Below, in pieces: positions 42,443 to 54,329 of a stretch of 64,000 bases of DNA. The number at the start of each line of letters is the position of its first letter. Position 1 is the first letter of the stretch. Origin of the DNA: a virus (taxonomy: Duplodnaviria; Caudoviricetes); IMG/VR virus record IMGVR_UViG_3300028048_000106, positions 1 to 64,000 of that record. One strand, written 5' to 3'. The notes beneath the pieces were generated by a model that had not been told where the DNA came from, did not search any database, and worked only from the letters and a program-made list of their open reading frames with translations. Both the position numbers and the translations under genes were made by a program.

Positions 42443-43063
42443 ATGGCAGATGGACAGTCAATAATTGAGCCGAACACAGCCGAATTTCGGTCATCATTGT
42501 TTGAAGAGCACAGCTAGCAAGACATTGACAGCTAGCATGTAGCATAGACATTCAACATGGATGTCAACTATGCAAACTAGAACAAGTGGTTTGCATACTG
42601 CCCTCTTGAAGATGTCTTAGGCAAAAGATACAAGAACTTGAACTTGCACTTGACTAAGTTCAACATTCCACAATTGATTCAAGGAACAATGGAGGCCAGT
42701 TTTAAGGGCTATGCCAAAGAGATGCCAACAAAGATATTGAACCCTTCTACAAAAGAGATAACTCTTGAGTACATTGTTGACTCAAATTGGGAGAACTACC
42801 GCGCTCTCTATGCATTCATGTCTAACATAAATGGAACATTAAACCCTGTGTCAACTGATGAGAAGACTGGAATCCTTCCATCTGAGTACATGCCAGTCAG
42901 AATATATCTTCTTGGCCCTTACAAGAAGAAGATAATACAGTTCTTGTTTGAGAACTGCTGGATAAAGGTGTTCAACGAGATATCACTTGATGTAAACTCA
43001 CCAGCAGAAGTCACTCACTCATTTACACTCTCCTGGGACAGATATTGTATTGAGGACATCTGA
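42443..43063 (+). CDS. tail completion/tube-terminator protein (T4 gp3-like), TAG-recoded
   Basis: ITLEYIVDSNWENYRALYAFM, FLFENCW; GTAAATA at 42428. Confidence 0.7.
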
Positions 43064-43166
43064 CAAAGACTGCTATCTGCAGTAGTTGCTAGATTTAAAG
43101 ACTAAGCATAAATAGCACAAAATCCATCTTTGGCTATTGCTAGCTTTAACTTGTACAATATATGAT

Positions 43167-44471
43167 ATGATAATTATAGACTAGCAATAGCTTCATTGCA
43201 ATGTGTATTTTGTGCAAAATCATGATGCTGTTGAGCAGTTGATTGACTTACTCAACAAGCACAAGACTAAATATGGCGCAATGCTACAAGCGAAAGGACG
43301 AAAGTCACAGCCAAACTGCAAATCAAAGCACAGGATGCTGTATGAGTAGATAGTCCAAATGCTGCCAAATGCTGCAAATGGCATAAGTATTGCTGAAAAG
43401 TGCTATTGGATCATATATGGCTTGATAGATTTTCCAAAATGCGAAATATGTGGAAAAAGCCTTTCATCAAAGCAGTTTGTTAGCCTACGCCATGGATATC
43501 GAAGATGCTGCTCAATGAAGTGCAGAGGGAAAGACCCACAGTATAGGCAGCATTTGTCAAATGTATATTGCCGTATGGTTGAACGTGATCCACTAGCAGT
43601 AAGCAAGAGGTCATTGAAGTCATTGTAGACTAGAAAAGACAAGTATGGTGCATACTGCCCAACGTCATCATATGACAAGATGAGAGCAACTCGAAAGCAG
43701 AAGCAAGAAGATGACCCAAAGTACATTAGCAGAATTGTTGAGAAAGCGCATAGCACTAATGTTAAGAATGGACATCCTCCAACGTGGAACAACTCAGACA
43801 AAATGCGTAAGACACGGCTAGATCATAATGGTGGCCAATGGGAGACAGACTAGACACTAAGCCATAGAAAGCACAATGCTATGCTGAAGTATGGCGTTGA
43901 TGATGCAAACAAGTCAGATGCTGTCAAACTACGGAAAGCACAAGCATTTGAGTCTCGGTATGGAGCTGGTGTCACGTGTGTGTTCTAGACAGATGAATTC
44001 AAACGCCATATGGTAGAGATATCTAGTCAACGAAAGGAAAAAGAGCACGCAACAAAGAAGCAGAATGGCACGTTTAACACATCTAAGCCAGAAGAAGAGT
44101 GCTACCACATGCTGCATTTTGCCTATCCACACATTATTCGGCAATACCGCTCAGAAGCATATCCATTTGCATGTGACTTCTATGACCCTGACTCGCATAC
44201 ATATTTTGAGTACAATGGCTCATGGACTCATGGCGGGCATTTCTTTGACAAGACCAATGCTGCTGACATAGAACAGGCTGTCAAATGGAAAAGCAAAGGC
44301 ACAAAGTTCTATATGAATGCTCTCTACAATTGGACAGTCAGAGATGTCAAGAAAAGAGAGACTGCAGAGAAGAATAGCCTGAACTATGTCGTGTTTTGGT
44401 GTCTTGATGAAGTGAGAAGACATGTCTTAGATGTTTTGAATGGCATATGGTTGTGCATGGTGGCGAAGTAA
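43167..44471 (+). CDS. free-standing homing endonuclease-like protein (TAG-recoded)
   Basis: CEICG..CCSMKC, KYGV-type repeats, SKPEE, YPFACDFY..YFEYNGSWTHG. Confidence 0.8.
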
Positions 44472-44515
44472 ATAAAGTATGTTGTACAACATATAGAAAC
44501 TTAAGGAAAAAAACA

Positions 44516-45676
44516 ATGGAAATACTTACTGAATTTGATGGTCTTCAAGAAGCTTTGAAGAAAGTCAAGATGGATGAGTCTGTCATGCCATACGTCAATG
44601 GAAGACTAGTAGACGATTCAGCTTGGAACAAGACATAGAAGATCCTCAACTGCCCTGAGATGATCTCTGCCCACAAGTACCTCTACAATCTTGACATGGA
44701 CTAGTTGACAGAAGAAGAGATTGACAAGATCAACTAGCTCTACAAGGTTGGCTGTGATCGAGGATTCATCATTGATGACCTTACAGATTGGAATGCTCCA
44801 GATGCTCCAGCACAGGCCACCGATGCTCCAGAGAAGACAGAAGAGACGCCTAAGACAGAAGAGCCTATTGACCAGAAGCCAGTCAGTGGAAGTCTATTCA
44901 AGGCAAAAGTCCCATGTTGGACTATCATATACTCTGCTACATCAAAAGATGGCGACATCAAGACTGGAGAAGCATATTCAAATGCAATTTCAGCTTCAGC
45001 AGCAAAAGCAGATGTGAATGCTAAGCTTTCTCGTATTGGCTACTCAAACATCTCAATTCTTGCAATTGAGGCAACTGATGCTTGTGATGCTTCAGCAGCA
45101 TAGACATATGTCAAAGAAGTTGAGGATGTCGCAGAAGATGACATGCTTGATGGACGTCCACACAACAACCATGTCTCTGAAGCAGATGAAGAAGATGAGT
45201 CTAAAGATGATGCTGAGTCTGATGAGTCTGATGAAGAAGAGTCAAATGAAGATGCTGAAGAAAAAGAAGATGATGCATCTTCAGATGACAGTTCTGATTC
45301 AAATGATGAATCAACAGATGATGCTGAAGAAGAGGAAGACACCGAAGAAGATTCTGAAGAAGATACTGAAGAAGAAGAGGAAGACGCTGAAGAAGATTCT
45401 AAGGAAGAAGATTCAAAAGATTCAGAAGATGGCGAAAAAGAGCTTGATGCTAATGAAAAGGCAGAACTCAAAGACAAGTACCGTAAAACTTTCAAGAATG
45501 TCTTGTCTAAGTGCAAGTTTGAAAGCTCTTTCAATGACCTCACGCTTGAACAGAAAGTCAAGTTCTTCACCGAACTCTCAAAAGCATGGAACAAGAATGA
45601 GCCAACAGAGTTCATGACAGACAAAGAAGTTGAACAGCTCAACAATGTTGTCGTAAAAGAAGGCAGCGATGACTGA
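44516..45676 (+). CDS. highly acidic late protein, possible head scaffold/internal protein (TAG-recoded)
   Basis: Continuous frame; long Asp/Glu tract; AAGGA RBS; GTAAATA at 44468. Confidence 0.7.
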
Positions 45677-45902
45677 ATCAAATGACATTAGTCTGCTTGA
45701 TGTGTCAAGCCAATAGGGTGAACGAGAGAAGTGCTGTGCCAAGTGCAAGTACTTTGAAGAACGGACATGCTTTTGCCGCTTCAACCCTCCAATCCCTGTT
45801 GTCACACACAAAGACAATGGGCAGACATTTGTCACATCGGTCTACTCAAAGATAAACATGCCTAGCATTGATTGGTGCTAGAAGTTCGACAAAAAAGACT
45901 AA
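45669..45902 (+). CDS. small Cys-cluster protein (TAG-recoded)
   Basis: CCAKCKYF..CRFNPP..DWC(TAG)KF. Confidence 0.65.
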
Positions 45903-45948
45903 CATTAGTCTTGCTGTTCTAGAGTAGATGCATTAGAGAGCTAGCTAG

Positions 45949-46527
45949 TCATGCTAGCTCTTGTTTTGTCAAGCCAAATACTTCTTCTATGCATTTGCAC
46001 GCTGCAAATGCTTTTCTTGTCTTTCCAGTCTTACGAGTCTTAAAGCACTACTAAGGGCAACCACATTTCTAGAAGAAGTCTTTTGGAATGGTCTTCACAA
46101 TGTATGTGCCAGTCTTCTAGTATACCCATTTCTAGTTCAATGAGAATGATCTACCACCATCAGACTTCTAGAATGTCCCTTTCACATCTAGATACACCTA
46201 GAATGTGCTGCTCTACAATGCATGATGTGGCAGCTTAAACTCTTTAGCTAGTGTCTAGTAAGCTCTAGCTTTGACAACAACTAAGAAGTCTGGACTATAG
46301 ACATGCTCACGTAGAAGTGACTTCTTCTTTCCATCTAGTGCTATGAAGTCAACTGCGTCAAACAACTTTATAGAAGGTGGCTAGTACTAGAAGTCTTCTA
46401 CTAAGCCAAGCTAAGCAGCTTCTACACACCATTCAAGAAAGTCGCATTCTTCAATGGAGTCCATCATCAAGTCTACACCATGAAATGCATCTCTATATGG
46501 AAACTGTCTTCTGTTGTTTCTTCCCAT
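45949..46527 (-). CDS. PD-(D/E)XK nuclease, DUF1064-like (TAG-rich)
   Basis: DSIEE, F(TAG)Y(TAG)P, HVYSPDF, VYLDVKG; continuous to TGA 45949. Confidence 0.7.
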
Positions 46528-46529
46528 TG

Positions 46530-47231
46530 TCACTCCTCTATGCCAAGCGCTGCATCTAGATAGTCTTTTACTTCTAGAGCACATCTTTTGAATGAAGCAC
46601 TTTTGTTCATCCTACTTTTGTTGTTGACATATTTTGATATCAAGTCATTGATGGCCACAATGTTCTGCTGTTGACTAGAGAATATGTCTTTCCACATATT
46701 ACGGCAGTTACTGCTGCCATATGCCCACTTTATTGTCTTGAACAGCATGTAGCAGTCAAGTCTAGAATGCGATGCAAAGATGACTTTTGGCTACTGCGCT
46801 CGACATCTCTTGCGGGTCTCTCTATTGAAATAACCATTGAAGACATCTATGAAAAGCTCATTCATCAAGTCTATGTCAATTTCAATGTCTGTCTCAGACA
46901 ATAGCCATTTCAAGCTTGGCCTATTCTCTATAAGACTAGCTAGCTTGCGTGGAAAATACTTGTCATCTTTGAAGTCTAGCAGTAGATTGTCTTTAGGGTA
47001 GCATGACCCTATAACAATCATGGAGTCATGTTGGTCTTCTAGTTTAGAGACAGCACATTGTATGCTGTCATCTATGCAGTTTTTGACTATGCTGCGCAGT
47101 CGCTGCTTAGAAGCGCTTAGACTAAGAATGTATCTACCATTCTCACGCTAGAAGAAGTCTTCACAACAAGCAACAATCTTCTCAATTGCAGCATCAAGAA
47201 GGCACTTGTAGTATATGAGATTCAGCTTCAC
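46530..47231 (-). CDS. hypothetical protein (TAG-recoded)
   Basis: GTG 47231 overlaps the upstream TGA; joins two code-11 ORFs. Confidence 0.65.
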
Positions 47232-47518
47232 TTTCTTGCTAGACGTGGATCTGCCATAGCAGTATTTGCTCTAGAAATCTTGTCCGACAATGCAGAATAC
47301 CACGCTTTGTAGCTGACATTGCCTGAGTTGAAGAATGGATATGGCTTTGCATTGTCTATAGTAGTGTCATTTGCGGCATTGTACAGTGCTTCTTGTGCTT
47401 CTACATATCTACTAAGTGCTGACAAACATGCTTCAAACTTGTCTTTAGCAAAGAAAGTGTCTCCTTCTTGCTCTAGAGCTCTTATTTCTTGCTCTTTCTT
47501 CTGTGTAAGCTGCTTCAT
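47228..47518 (-). CDS. hypothetical protein
   Basis: ORF track; AGGA RBS. Confidence 0.6.
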   Translation of the reverse strand: MKQLTQKKEQEIRALEQEGDTFFAKDKFEACLSALSRYVEAQEALYNAANDTTIDNAKPYPFFNSGNVSYKAWYSALSDKISRANTAMADPRLARK

Positions 47519-47530
47519 TGTCTTTTCCTA

Positions 47531-47701
47531 TTAGTCAAGCTTGAAGTCTGCTATTGATGCTGCATACTTCTTCATGGCACTAGATATCAACATCTTTGTG
47601 ATTTCTGATGAGCAGACTTTTGCATCAGCTAGTAGTTCTTTAAGTTTCTAGACAGTGTCATCTAGAGATTTCAATTTTCCTTCAACTTCTTCTATGTTCA
47701 T
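47531..47701 (-). CDS. small hypothetical protein (one TAG)
   Basis: ATG 47701 to TAA 47531. Confidence 0.5.
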
Positions 47702-47830
47702 GATAAGCCTTTCTAGATAAAATATACAGCATTTGAAAGTGCAGTGAATGCGCGATGATGAAGTCTAGAAAGTGATGAAGTCTAGATAGAATAAGGTAAA
47801 TAAACACAGTATAAGTAACAGATACAGTAT

Positions 47831-49738
47831 ATGGAGAAAGAAGAACAACTAGCAACAATAAAAAAACCTGGCGAGATTGAGAAGATCTCTGATGAAGAGT
47901 TCTAGCGTAGAGTCATTGAAATTGCAAAATGCAAGCGTGACATCGTTTACTTTGCAGAGAAATACTACCGTGTAATAAGCCTTGACAAAGGCTTGCACAT
48001 AATAAAGCTCTATGATGTGCAGAAAGAATTCTTGAGATTCTTAGTCGACAACAACAAAGTCATATGTGTAAGTGGAAGACAATAGGGTAAGTCAACCATC
48101 TACTGCATCTATGCACTTTGGCTTGCTTGCTTTTCACCAGAGAAGAAGATAATGATTCTTGCAAACAAAGCAGCAACTGCACTTGAACTTCTTAGTCGAA
48201 TTGAGACAGGCTATGAGTATCTTCCGCATTGGATAAAGCCTGCTTGCCTTGTGTTCAATAAAGGTGAGATAACATTCTCTAACATGTCATCTATACGTGC
48301 ATTTGCAAGCTCAAGTGATGCTGCTCGTGGATTCTCATGCAATGTTGTGATCCTCGACGAGTTTGCATTCTTGAACAAGAATGTTGCAGACAAGCTCTTC
48401 ACTTCCATGTATCCCGTCATCTCGTCATCCCGGAATGGCAAGTTCATAATTGTCTCTACACCAAATGGGACAGACAACTTGTACTATGACATCTGGTGTC
48501 AAGCAAACTCAAAAGAAGTTGGAAAGAATCTTGAAGGCTGGAAGCCTTTTGAGATGTATTGGCACCAAGTTCCAGGCCATGATGAAGCATGGAAAGAGAA
48601 GCAGATTGCTGCAATTGGAGCACAGCGGTTTGCGCAAGAATTTGACAACTAGTTCTTGGCAAAGAGTGACAACAAGAAGCTCATTCCTGATGATGTCCTC
48701 TAGAAGTTCCGCATAAAGCTCTCTGAGTACAAGGCGCAAGGGTTGAAGCCAAAGAAGTAGAAGATTGTCTCTTAGGCCTAGGATGAGCTCTATGAGTTTG
48801 AGATGTGGCATGAGTTCAAGCCTAATAGGACATATCTTGCTTCAGCTGACATCTCTGAAGGCATCGGCAGTGACAGTTCAGTGCTGTACATATGGGATGT
48901 GACAGACTTGTCAAACATAGTGATGTGCGCAAAGTTCTCATCAAATGTCACATCTCTTGTGCAGTTTGCATACATTGCAAATAGAATATTGGCATTGTAC
49001 AACAATCCTTGGCTAGCGGCTGAACGGAATGGTGTCTCTGCAGGAATGCTTGACTCTCTTAGGATAACATATGGCTACTAGAAGATAATCATTGACAACA
49101 AGAAAAGAGAGCCTGGAATATACTCTCACGTCTAGGTGAAGAGCAGAGCATGCTTGTGGGCACGAGACATGATGACAACTAGCTGCTTTGGCTGGACAAT
49201 CTATGACAAAGACCTCATTGATGAACTGTCTATATTCATAAAGAAAGACACAAAAGGCATGCAGAATGTCTACCACGCAATGCCTGGACCAAACTCTCAT
49301 GATGACCATGTCATGGCATTCATATGGGGAGCCTATGCACTGCACAATGACAGAGTGCAAGACCACTTCATAGTAGTTGACACAGTCACAACTTAGATAG
49401 GGCTAGTGTATGCACACTACTTGCAGCCACTAGAAGAATACAATGCAAATGACATATCAAAATTGACAAGTGACCCACTGTACAAAGAGTTCTTGCAGTA
49501 CAAAGAAGAGGCAGTGAAGCTTGGCCAAGGGCTGCTAGAGGCAATGCAAAGAGAAGATGATGCTGATATCTTCAAGTATGAGAAGCCAGACACATACTTT
49601 GGTGATGAAGATGGAAGTGGCTCTTGGAACAGCACTCCACTGAACTGGAACATGAAAAAAGACTTCTAGTAGAGTGGTAGAAGCTAGGTGCAGTTGAATG
49701 GCCGAAGCAGTAGTCCGCCACCATTCTTTGTGTTTTAA
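47831..49738 (+). CDS. terminase large subunit (T4 gp17-like), TAG-recoded
   Basis: CKRDIVYFAEKY, Walker A GRQ(TAG)GKST, ILDEFAF, STPNG, FAQEF, ADISEG, AERN, HDDHVMA; GTAAATA at 47796. Confidence 0.95.
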
Positions 49739-50031
49739 GTTGCTAGCATCACTTCTGCATACTTGCTAGCTTCTATTTTGATAGTGCAAGCATTCTTGAC
49801 ATCAATGTCATCATCAAGATCAGCTTGCATTGCCAACTGCTCAATAGTCTAGCATTCTGGATGAGCATCTTTGAAATGGCGCAAGACTTCTCTTCGAAGA
49901 TACTTGCCACCTTCAGTGTTGCTCAAGAACTCTTGCTAGTTCAAGACAAGAGTCTCATATGCATCTGCTAGCTCATCTTTTGAGAAGCTGTCAATAGAGC
50001 ATGCTTGTGCAAGCATAGCTTCTTCCATCAT
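49735..50031 (-). CDS. hypothetical protein (two TAG)
   Basis: ATG 50031 to TAA 49735. Confidence 0.5.
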
Positions 50032-50206
50032 CTGCTGTTGGCTCATATTGCTTCTTCAACCACCTGTACAGCTCTTCTGCATTGACTGCTTCATTGTTGA
50101 TTTTCAATGTGTCAAATGCATATGCATTGGGTGCAATGCTGTTTTTGCTGCCAGGAACAAAAAATATCTCAGCTGTGCAGTGCACTAAGTCATTCAACTT
50201 CTTCAT
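49991..50206 (-). CDS. small hypothetical protein
   Basis: GAGGAG RBS before MKKLND. Confidence 0.5.
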   Translation of the reverse strand: MKKLNDLVHCTAEIFFVPGSKNSIAPNAYAFDTLKINNEAVNAEELYRWLKKQYEPTADDGRSYACTSMLY

Positions 50207-50447
50207 ATGTCTCCTCAAAGATGTTCTTCTCGTAGAAGTAGAACTCACCTCTGACGCCTTTTATGAGATAGTCACCGACTTTGTTCTTCATCTTCATGTC
50301 ACCTTCAAGCGTATGGACATACACCCAGCCATCTTGGTAGTAGACATCATTTCCTGCAAAGTCATATAGCTCTTTGAAGTTGTCACCAGTAAACTGGACC
50401 GCTTCAATTGGAATACGCTTCTTCACATACTTCTTAGCCATCGTCAA
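50190..50447 (-). CDS. conserved small phage protein (KKPxxIEAVQ / TLEG / GDYxIKG family)
   Basis: YVKKRIPIEAVQFTG..HTLEGDM..GDYLIKGVRGEFY..FEETYE. Confidence 0.75.
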   Translation of the reverse strand: MTMAKKYVKKRIPIEAVQFTGDNFKELYDFAGNDVYYQDGWVYVHTLEGDMKMKNKVGDYLIKGVRGEFYFYEKNIFEETYEEVE

Positions 50448-50453
50448 TGCCCT

Positions 50454-50804
50454 TCAACCATCATATCCACCATCAAGGCATGCATTGACATGTGGATCAT
50501 CAAATGCTTTGCCTAGAGCAGCCTCTATACGGTCTTTGAACTGCCTCTTAGTCTCATCATCTTCCATGCTGTTGAAGCTGAGGCCAATCACCCACATCTC
50601 ATAGTAGTTGTCTAAGCCTCTACGGCAGTCAAGGCCAAGCTCATCTGCAATTGCATCCGCTAGCTCATAACTGTCTTTTTGTCCATTGTCTTCTGGATGG
50701 AGCTTGTGCCAAGCTTTAGCAACGGTGTCATCATTAAATGCATCACCAACAAGCATGAATGAGCTGCTTGAGCTGTTGCTCACATAGTCTAGTCGTGTCT
50801 TCAT
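50454..50804 (-). CDS. conserved phage protein of the MKxRxxFVSNSSSSSF family
   Basis: MKTRLDYVSNSSSSSF. Confidence 0.7.
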   Translation of the reverse strand: MKTRLDYVSNSSSSSFMLVGDAFNDDTVAKAWHKLHPEDNGQKDSYELADAIADELGLDCRRGLDNYYEMWVIGLSFNSMEDDETKRQFKDRIEAALGKAFDDPHVNACLDGGYDG

Positions 50805-50822
50805 ATGTCTTCTTTCTTTCTT

Positions 50823-50993
50823 TTAGTAAGTGCTGTCATCTTTTGGAAGTGGATAGTGCTTTCTATACAACTTCAACTCGTCAAGCCACTTTGCCAACTG
50901 TAGATGCTCTTGACCACAAGTGTGAGTCTCTTTACTGCAGACCATCTTCAAGCCAACATTACGAGCATGCTCTATTGCTTCATCTAGTGTCAT
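50823..50993 (-). CDS. small conserved phage protein
   Basis: MTLDEAIEHA..CGQEHLQLAKWLDEL. Confidence 0.6.
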   Translation of the reverse strand: MTLDEAIEHARNVGLKMVCSKETHTCGQEHLQLAKWLDELKLYRKHYPLPKDDSTY

Positions 50994-51014
50994 GTCTACT
51001 ATAAGCTCCTCTCT

Positions 51015-51251
51015 TTATATGGCTATGTCTGCCAATAGATGCCATGCTTTGTCTTTCAACTCATCAACAGCATCTGCTTTAACATACTTGTTGTTTGGCC
51101 CGCTGAAGTCAAATCCATCATCTGCCTCACAGTCTGTGCAGTAGATGTGTGCTGAGTCTACAATGTCACTAGTTGTCAATGTAGGCAGCTCTAGTCTCTC
51201 AATAGACTTTATGAACTCTATGGCTTTCTCTAGCCTTTCTTCAATAATCAT
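51015..51251 (-). CDS. hypothetical protein
   Basis: ORF track; AAGGAG RBS before MIIEE. Confidence 0.5.
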   Translation of the reverse strand: MIIEERLEKAIEFIKSIERLELPTLTTSDIVDSAHIYCTDCEADDGFDFSGPNNKYVKADAVDELKDKAWHLLADIAI

Positions 51252-51425
51252 GTCAATCTCCTTCAATTGGAACTAGTCCATCACGTTGGTCCATCTTTGT
51301 GAGTATCTTGTGCAAGTCTTCAATAGACACATCATATTCATCAATGGAAGTACCATTGTCATATGATGCGTGCAAGACAACTTGTCCTATCTTGTGGTCT
51401 TTTAGAAGTCTGTCAAGGTCTAGTC

Positions 51426-51701
51426 TCATCTAATGTACCTTATGAAAGTTGAGTTCTGTCTTGGAATGGCTCTCAATAGCCATAGATATTGTATTGTCTC
51501 TGGCATCCGCTCTAAGGCCAAATAGTTGTCTAAGACAGTGCTTCTGACTCTAGAGTCTGTGCTCATTGTCAAGTACCGTCTTACCATGAATGGTGAAGCA
51601 TCTTTGAAGTTCTCAGATGAGATGTGCTCTCTGTAGAGCTCAATTGACTTTGTCTGCAAGATGTTTGCAAGAACATCAAAAAGCATGTTAGACCTTGCCA
51701 T
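51426..51701 (-). CDS. clamp loader small subunit (T4 gp62-like)
   Basis: LFDVL..SPFMVRRYL..QYLWL..FIRY; adjacent to the gp44-like gene. Confidence 0.7.
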   Translation of the reverse strand: MARSNMLFDVLANILQTKSIELYREHISSENFKDASPFMVRRYLTMSTDSRVRSTVLDNYLALERMPETIQYLWLLRAIPRQNSTFIRYIR

Positions 51702-51758
51702 ATGTCACTCTTGTATTCTTGTGCACTAAGATCTCTACTGTAGATTGGCTAGCATCTG

Positions 51759-52718
51759 TCATCTTTCCATCCATTTTGCAATGGCTGTCAGCAAGCCAAA
51801 GAAGCCACTCTCTTTGTCAATGACAGTGTTCAACTGGAACAGCAGGTCTGTCATCTTTAGTATTCCATCTAAGTCAACAACAATGCCAGTGTCAACAACA
51901 TGCTTGTACAATGCACTTCCAAACTCAACATAGTCACTTATCTTGTCTTTCTCAGACAGATAGAACTTCCTGACTTCAAGCATGCTTCTAGTTGTCTTGA
52001 GCTTGTCAACAATGGCATCTAGCAGCTCATTCTTCTCAGACTCAGCAACTTTGTTGAGATTGACAACAAGCTCTCCTGTTGTGCAGCAGAACTGCAGGTA
52101 GTTGATGATTCTTCTGACATCTGGATAGTACTGGAAAGCTTCTTCAATGAAAGCTTTCACTGAGTCTCTTGTGTACTTGATGCCTTCACTGTCAAGGATC
52201 TTCTTGACATGGATGAGAAGGTCTTTCTTGTCAAACTTGAGAGGGATGACTGGGCAACGAGACAGAAGAGGGGCAATTATCTTCTGCAAAAAGTTCCCAG
52301 TTATCAAGAACCGCGTGTCATCTTGTGCAGCCTCAATCAATGTCCTAAGCGCTTGCTGGAAGTTGTTGCCTCCTCCTGCACTCGCTGAGTCTACTTCATC
52401 AAGTATGACAACTTTTATCTTGCCTTCCATTGACAATGCATTGCAGAAGTCTTGGATCTTTGTCCTAAGGACATCAACGGTGCCATCTGTTGCACAAGGC
52501 ACAAACAGCACTTGTGCATCAAGCTCATTGCACAGTATCTTTGCAAGTGTTGTCTTTCCTGACCCTGCTACTCCAATGAGGCTTAAGTTCTGAAGTGACT
52601 TCTTGTCAATCATTGACTTGAAGTACTTCTTTATGTCTTCACCCAAGACATACTCACTAAGGCACTTAGGGCGGTACTTGTCTACCCAAAGCTCTGTCAA
52701 TGTGCTATTGTCTTCCAT
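51759..52718 (-). CDS. clamp loader large subunit (gp44/RFC)
   Basis: WVDKYRP, GVAGSGKTT, VILDEVD, LLSRC, PDVRR. Confidence 0.93.
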   Translation of the reverse strand: MEDNSTLTELWVDKYRPKCLSEYVLGEDIKKYFKSMIDKKSLQNLSLIGVAGSGKTTLAKILCNELDAQVLFVPCATDGTVDVLRTKIQDFCNALSMEGKIKVVILDEVDSASAGGGNNFQQALRTLIEAAQDDTRFLITGNFLQKIIAPLLSRCPVIPLKFDKKDLLIHVKKILDSEGIKYTRDSVKAFIEEAFQYYPDVRRIINYLQFCCTTGELVVNLNKVAESEKNELLDAIVDKLKTTRSMLEVRKFYLSEKDKISDYVEFGSALYKHVVDTGIVVDLDGILKMTDLLFQLNTVIDKESGFFGLLTAIAKWMER

Positions 52719-52740
52719 GTATACAACCTACTTGTCTAGA

Positions 52741-53694
52741 TCAAAGTGTCATGAAGTCTGACCAGTCATTTGCTGCTCTTTTGTTGAGAGGGTTGTCTCT
52801 ATACAAAGACTCATTTACAGTCTTCAATATCTTGTCTGAGAGTTCCTGTGGTATGCAGTTGAAGTCAATCATCTTTCTGTTCAGCACATATCTTGCTGCA
52901 AGCGAGTGGTCTTCTTTCAATGTCTTCTTCAATGCTTCTTTGTCTTTTGTCCACTTCAATGCTGTCTTAGGGCCACATCGTGTGAACACTTGCTGTATGT
53001 TGTCTGAACGGTCACCCATTAGGATCTTCCCAACCAAGTAGTCTTGTGCTGAGACGATCTCTCCACCTAAGTCACGCTTAGCCTCTTTGCCAAACAAGTC
53101 AAACTCTCTAATGCCATCAATCTGCAGAAAGTCATGGTCAGATGCAACTAGCATCACTCCAACATATTTGTCTCTAAGGTGCAATATTGTTGTGGCGATC
53201 ACGTCATCACCTTCTGCTCCATCAACTTTAACTAAGTGGTAGCCACGCTCACCTTCAACGTCAAGCTCTTTGAATATGACATCTGCAATGTAGTCTTTTA
53301 TTGGCTGCAGCTGGAACTGCCGCTTCACAAGCGCTCTATGTGCTTTGTACTCAGGGTAGAGTGCTTTGCGGAAAGAGTGGCTTAGCTTGTCATCCATAGC
53401 AAACACAATGTCAATTGCACTGCATTCATCTATCTCGCTTTGGAAGTTTGCTTTTGCAACCTCTTCAACACTCTCAAGCTTCCACATCACCTGCTTCTTC
53501 AAGCAAGTCTTGTAGTTGTCACAGTTCAAGAGGTTTGGCAGATTCTTTTGGTCACACTCTTCAGCAGGCTTGATCCAAACTGCGGCATCTTCTGGATACT
53601 TCTCTGTGAATGTCTTTACTGAAGCAAACAGGTTCACATATTCAAAATACGATCCATCAACTACTATCAAGAACTTCTTCTCATTGTCTTCCAT
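52741..53694 (-). CDS. RNase H / 5'-3' flap exonuclease (T4 Rnh-like)
   Basis: VVDGS, FRKALYPEYKAHR, AEGDDVIA, SDHDFLQ, GDRSDNI. Confidence 0.9.
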   Translation of the reverse strand: MEDNEKKFLIVVDGSYFEYVNLFASVKTFTEKYPEDAAVWIKPAEECDQKNLPNLLNCDNYKTCLKKQVMWKLESVEEVAKANFQSEIDECSAIDIVFAMDDKLSHSFRKALYPEYKAHRALVKRQFQLQPIKDYIADVIFKELDVEGERGYHLVKVDGAEGDDVIATTILHLRDKYVGVMLVASDHDFLQIDGIREFDLFGKEAKRDLGGEIVSAQDYLVGKILMGDRSDNIQQVFTRCGPKTALKWTKDKEALKKTLKEDHSLAARYVLNRKMIDFNCIPQELSDKILKTVNESLYRDNPLNKRAANDWSDFMTL

Positions 53695-53720
53695 GACTAT
53701 ATGGTACTCCTATAGACTTG

Positions 53721-54329
53721 TCAGTCTTCTTCAACAAGCTTTGTTGTTGGGAACATCTTTCCTGCATGCAAGTCAGCAAGAAGCTGTTTCTGCTCATCTG
53801 TCAAGTTCTGCTCAAGCTTCTTTGACTCTTCATCAGCTTTTTTCCAATACTCAATGCTCTTAGGGTCTAAGTTGGGGTCATAGTATGTCCCATCGGGCTT
53901 GCTGACTCTATTCAGCAGTGACTCTATTGTCTCAGTAGGAGCCCACTCAACGTCAAGATGCTGCCTTTCTGTACTGCTGTTTGGGTCATTCCAATACCCT
54001 TGGTCTTTCCACTTCTTGTTGGGGTCATATATGATCCTGTGCTTCTTCAAGTCAACTATGCTTCCATCATTGAGCTTGAACAGCGGAGAGTCACCAAGAA
54101 ATCCAAAAGCTGGCATAGGGCCATTGAAGTAAGGGATGTCTTGATTTGGGACAGTGAGCTTTGCACTTGCTGTTGGATCATATGGCCTAGCTTCAGGGAC
54201 AGTCAAGTGTCTAGCACTAGACTGCTTGTCTACAGCAAAAGCCTTCTAATATGGCTGCCCATATGCAAAATTCCTAAAGCGACTTTGGTTTAAAGGGTTT
54301 GCAAGAGGATGCGGATTTGTGGCTGTCAT
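53721..54329 (-). CDS. hypothetical protein (one TAG)
   Basis: ATG 54329, 6 nt after TACAAT, in frame with track ORF 53721-54206. Confidence 0.65.

Noticed and set aside
45018-45681. Overlapping ORFs 45018-45617 (+) and 45040-45681 (-)
   Set aside because: Shadows of the GAA/GAT low-complexity acidic tract
47756-47786. Direct repeat TGATGAAGTCTAGA x2 upstream of terminase
   Set aside because: Only two copies; an operator or pac role cannot be supported
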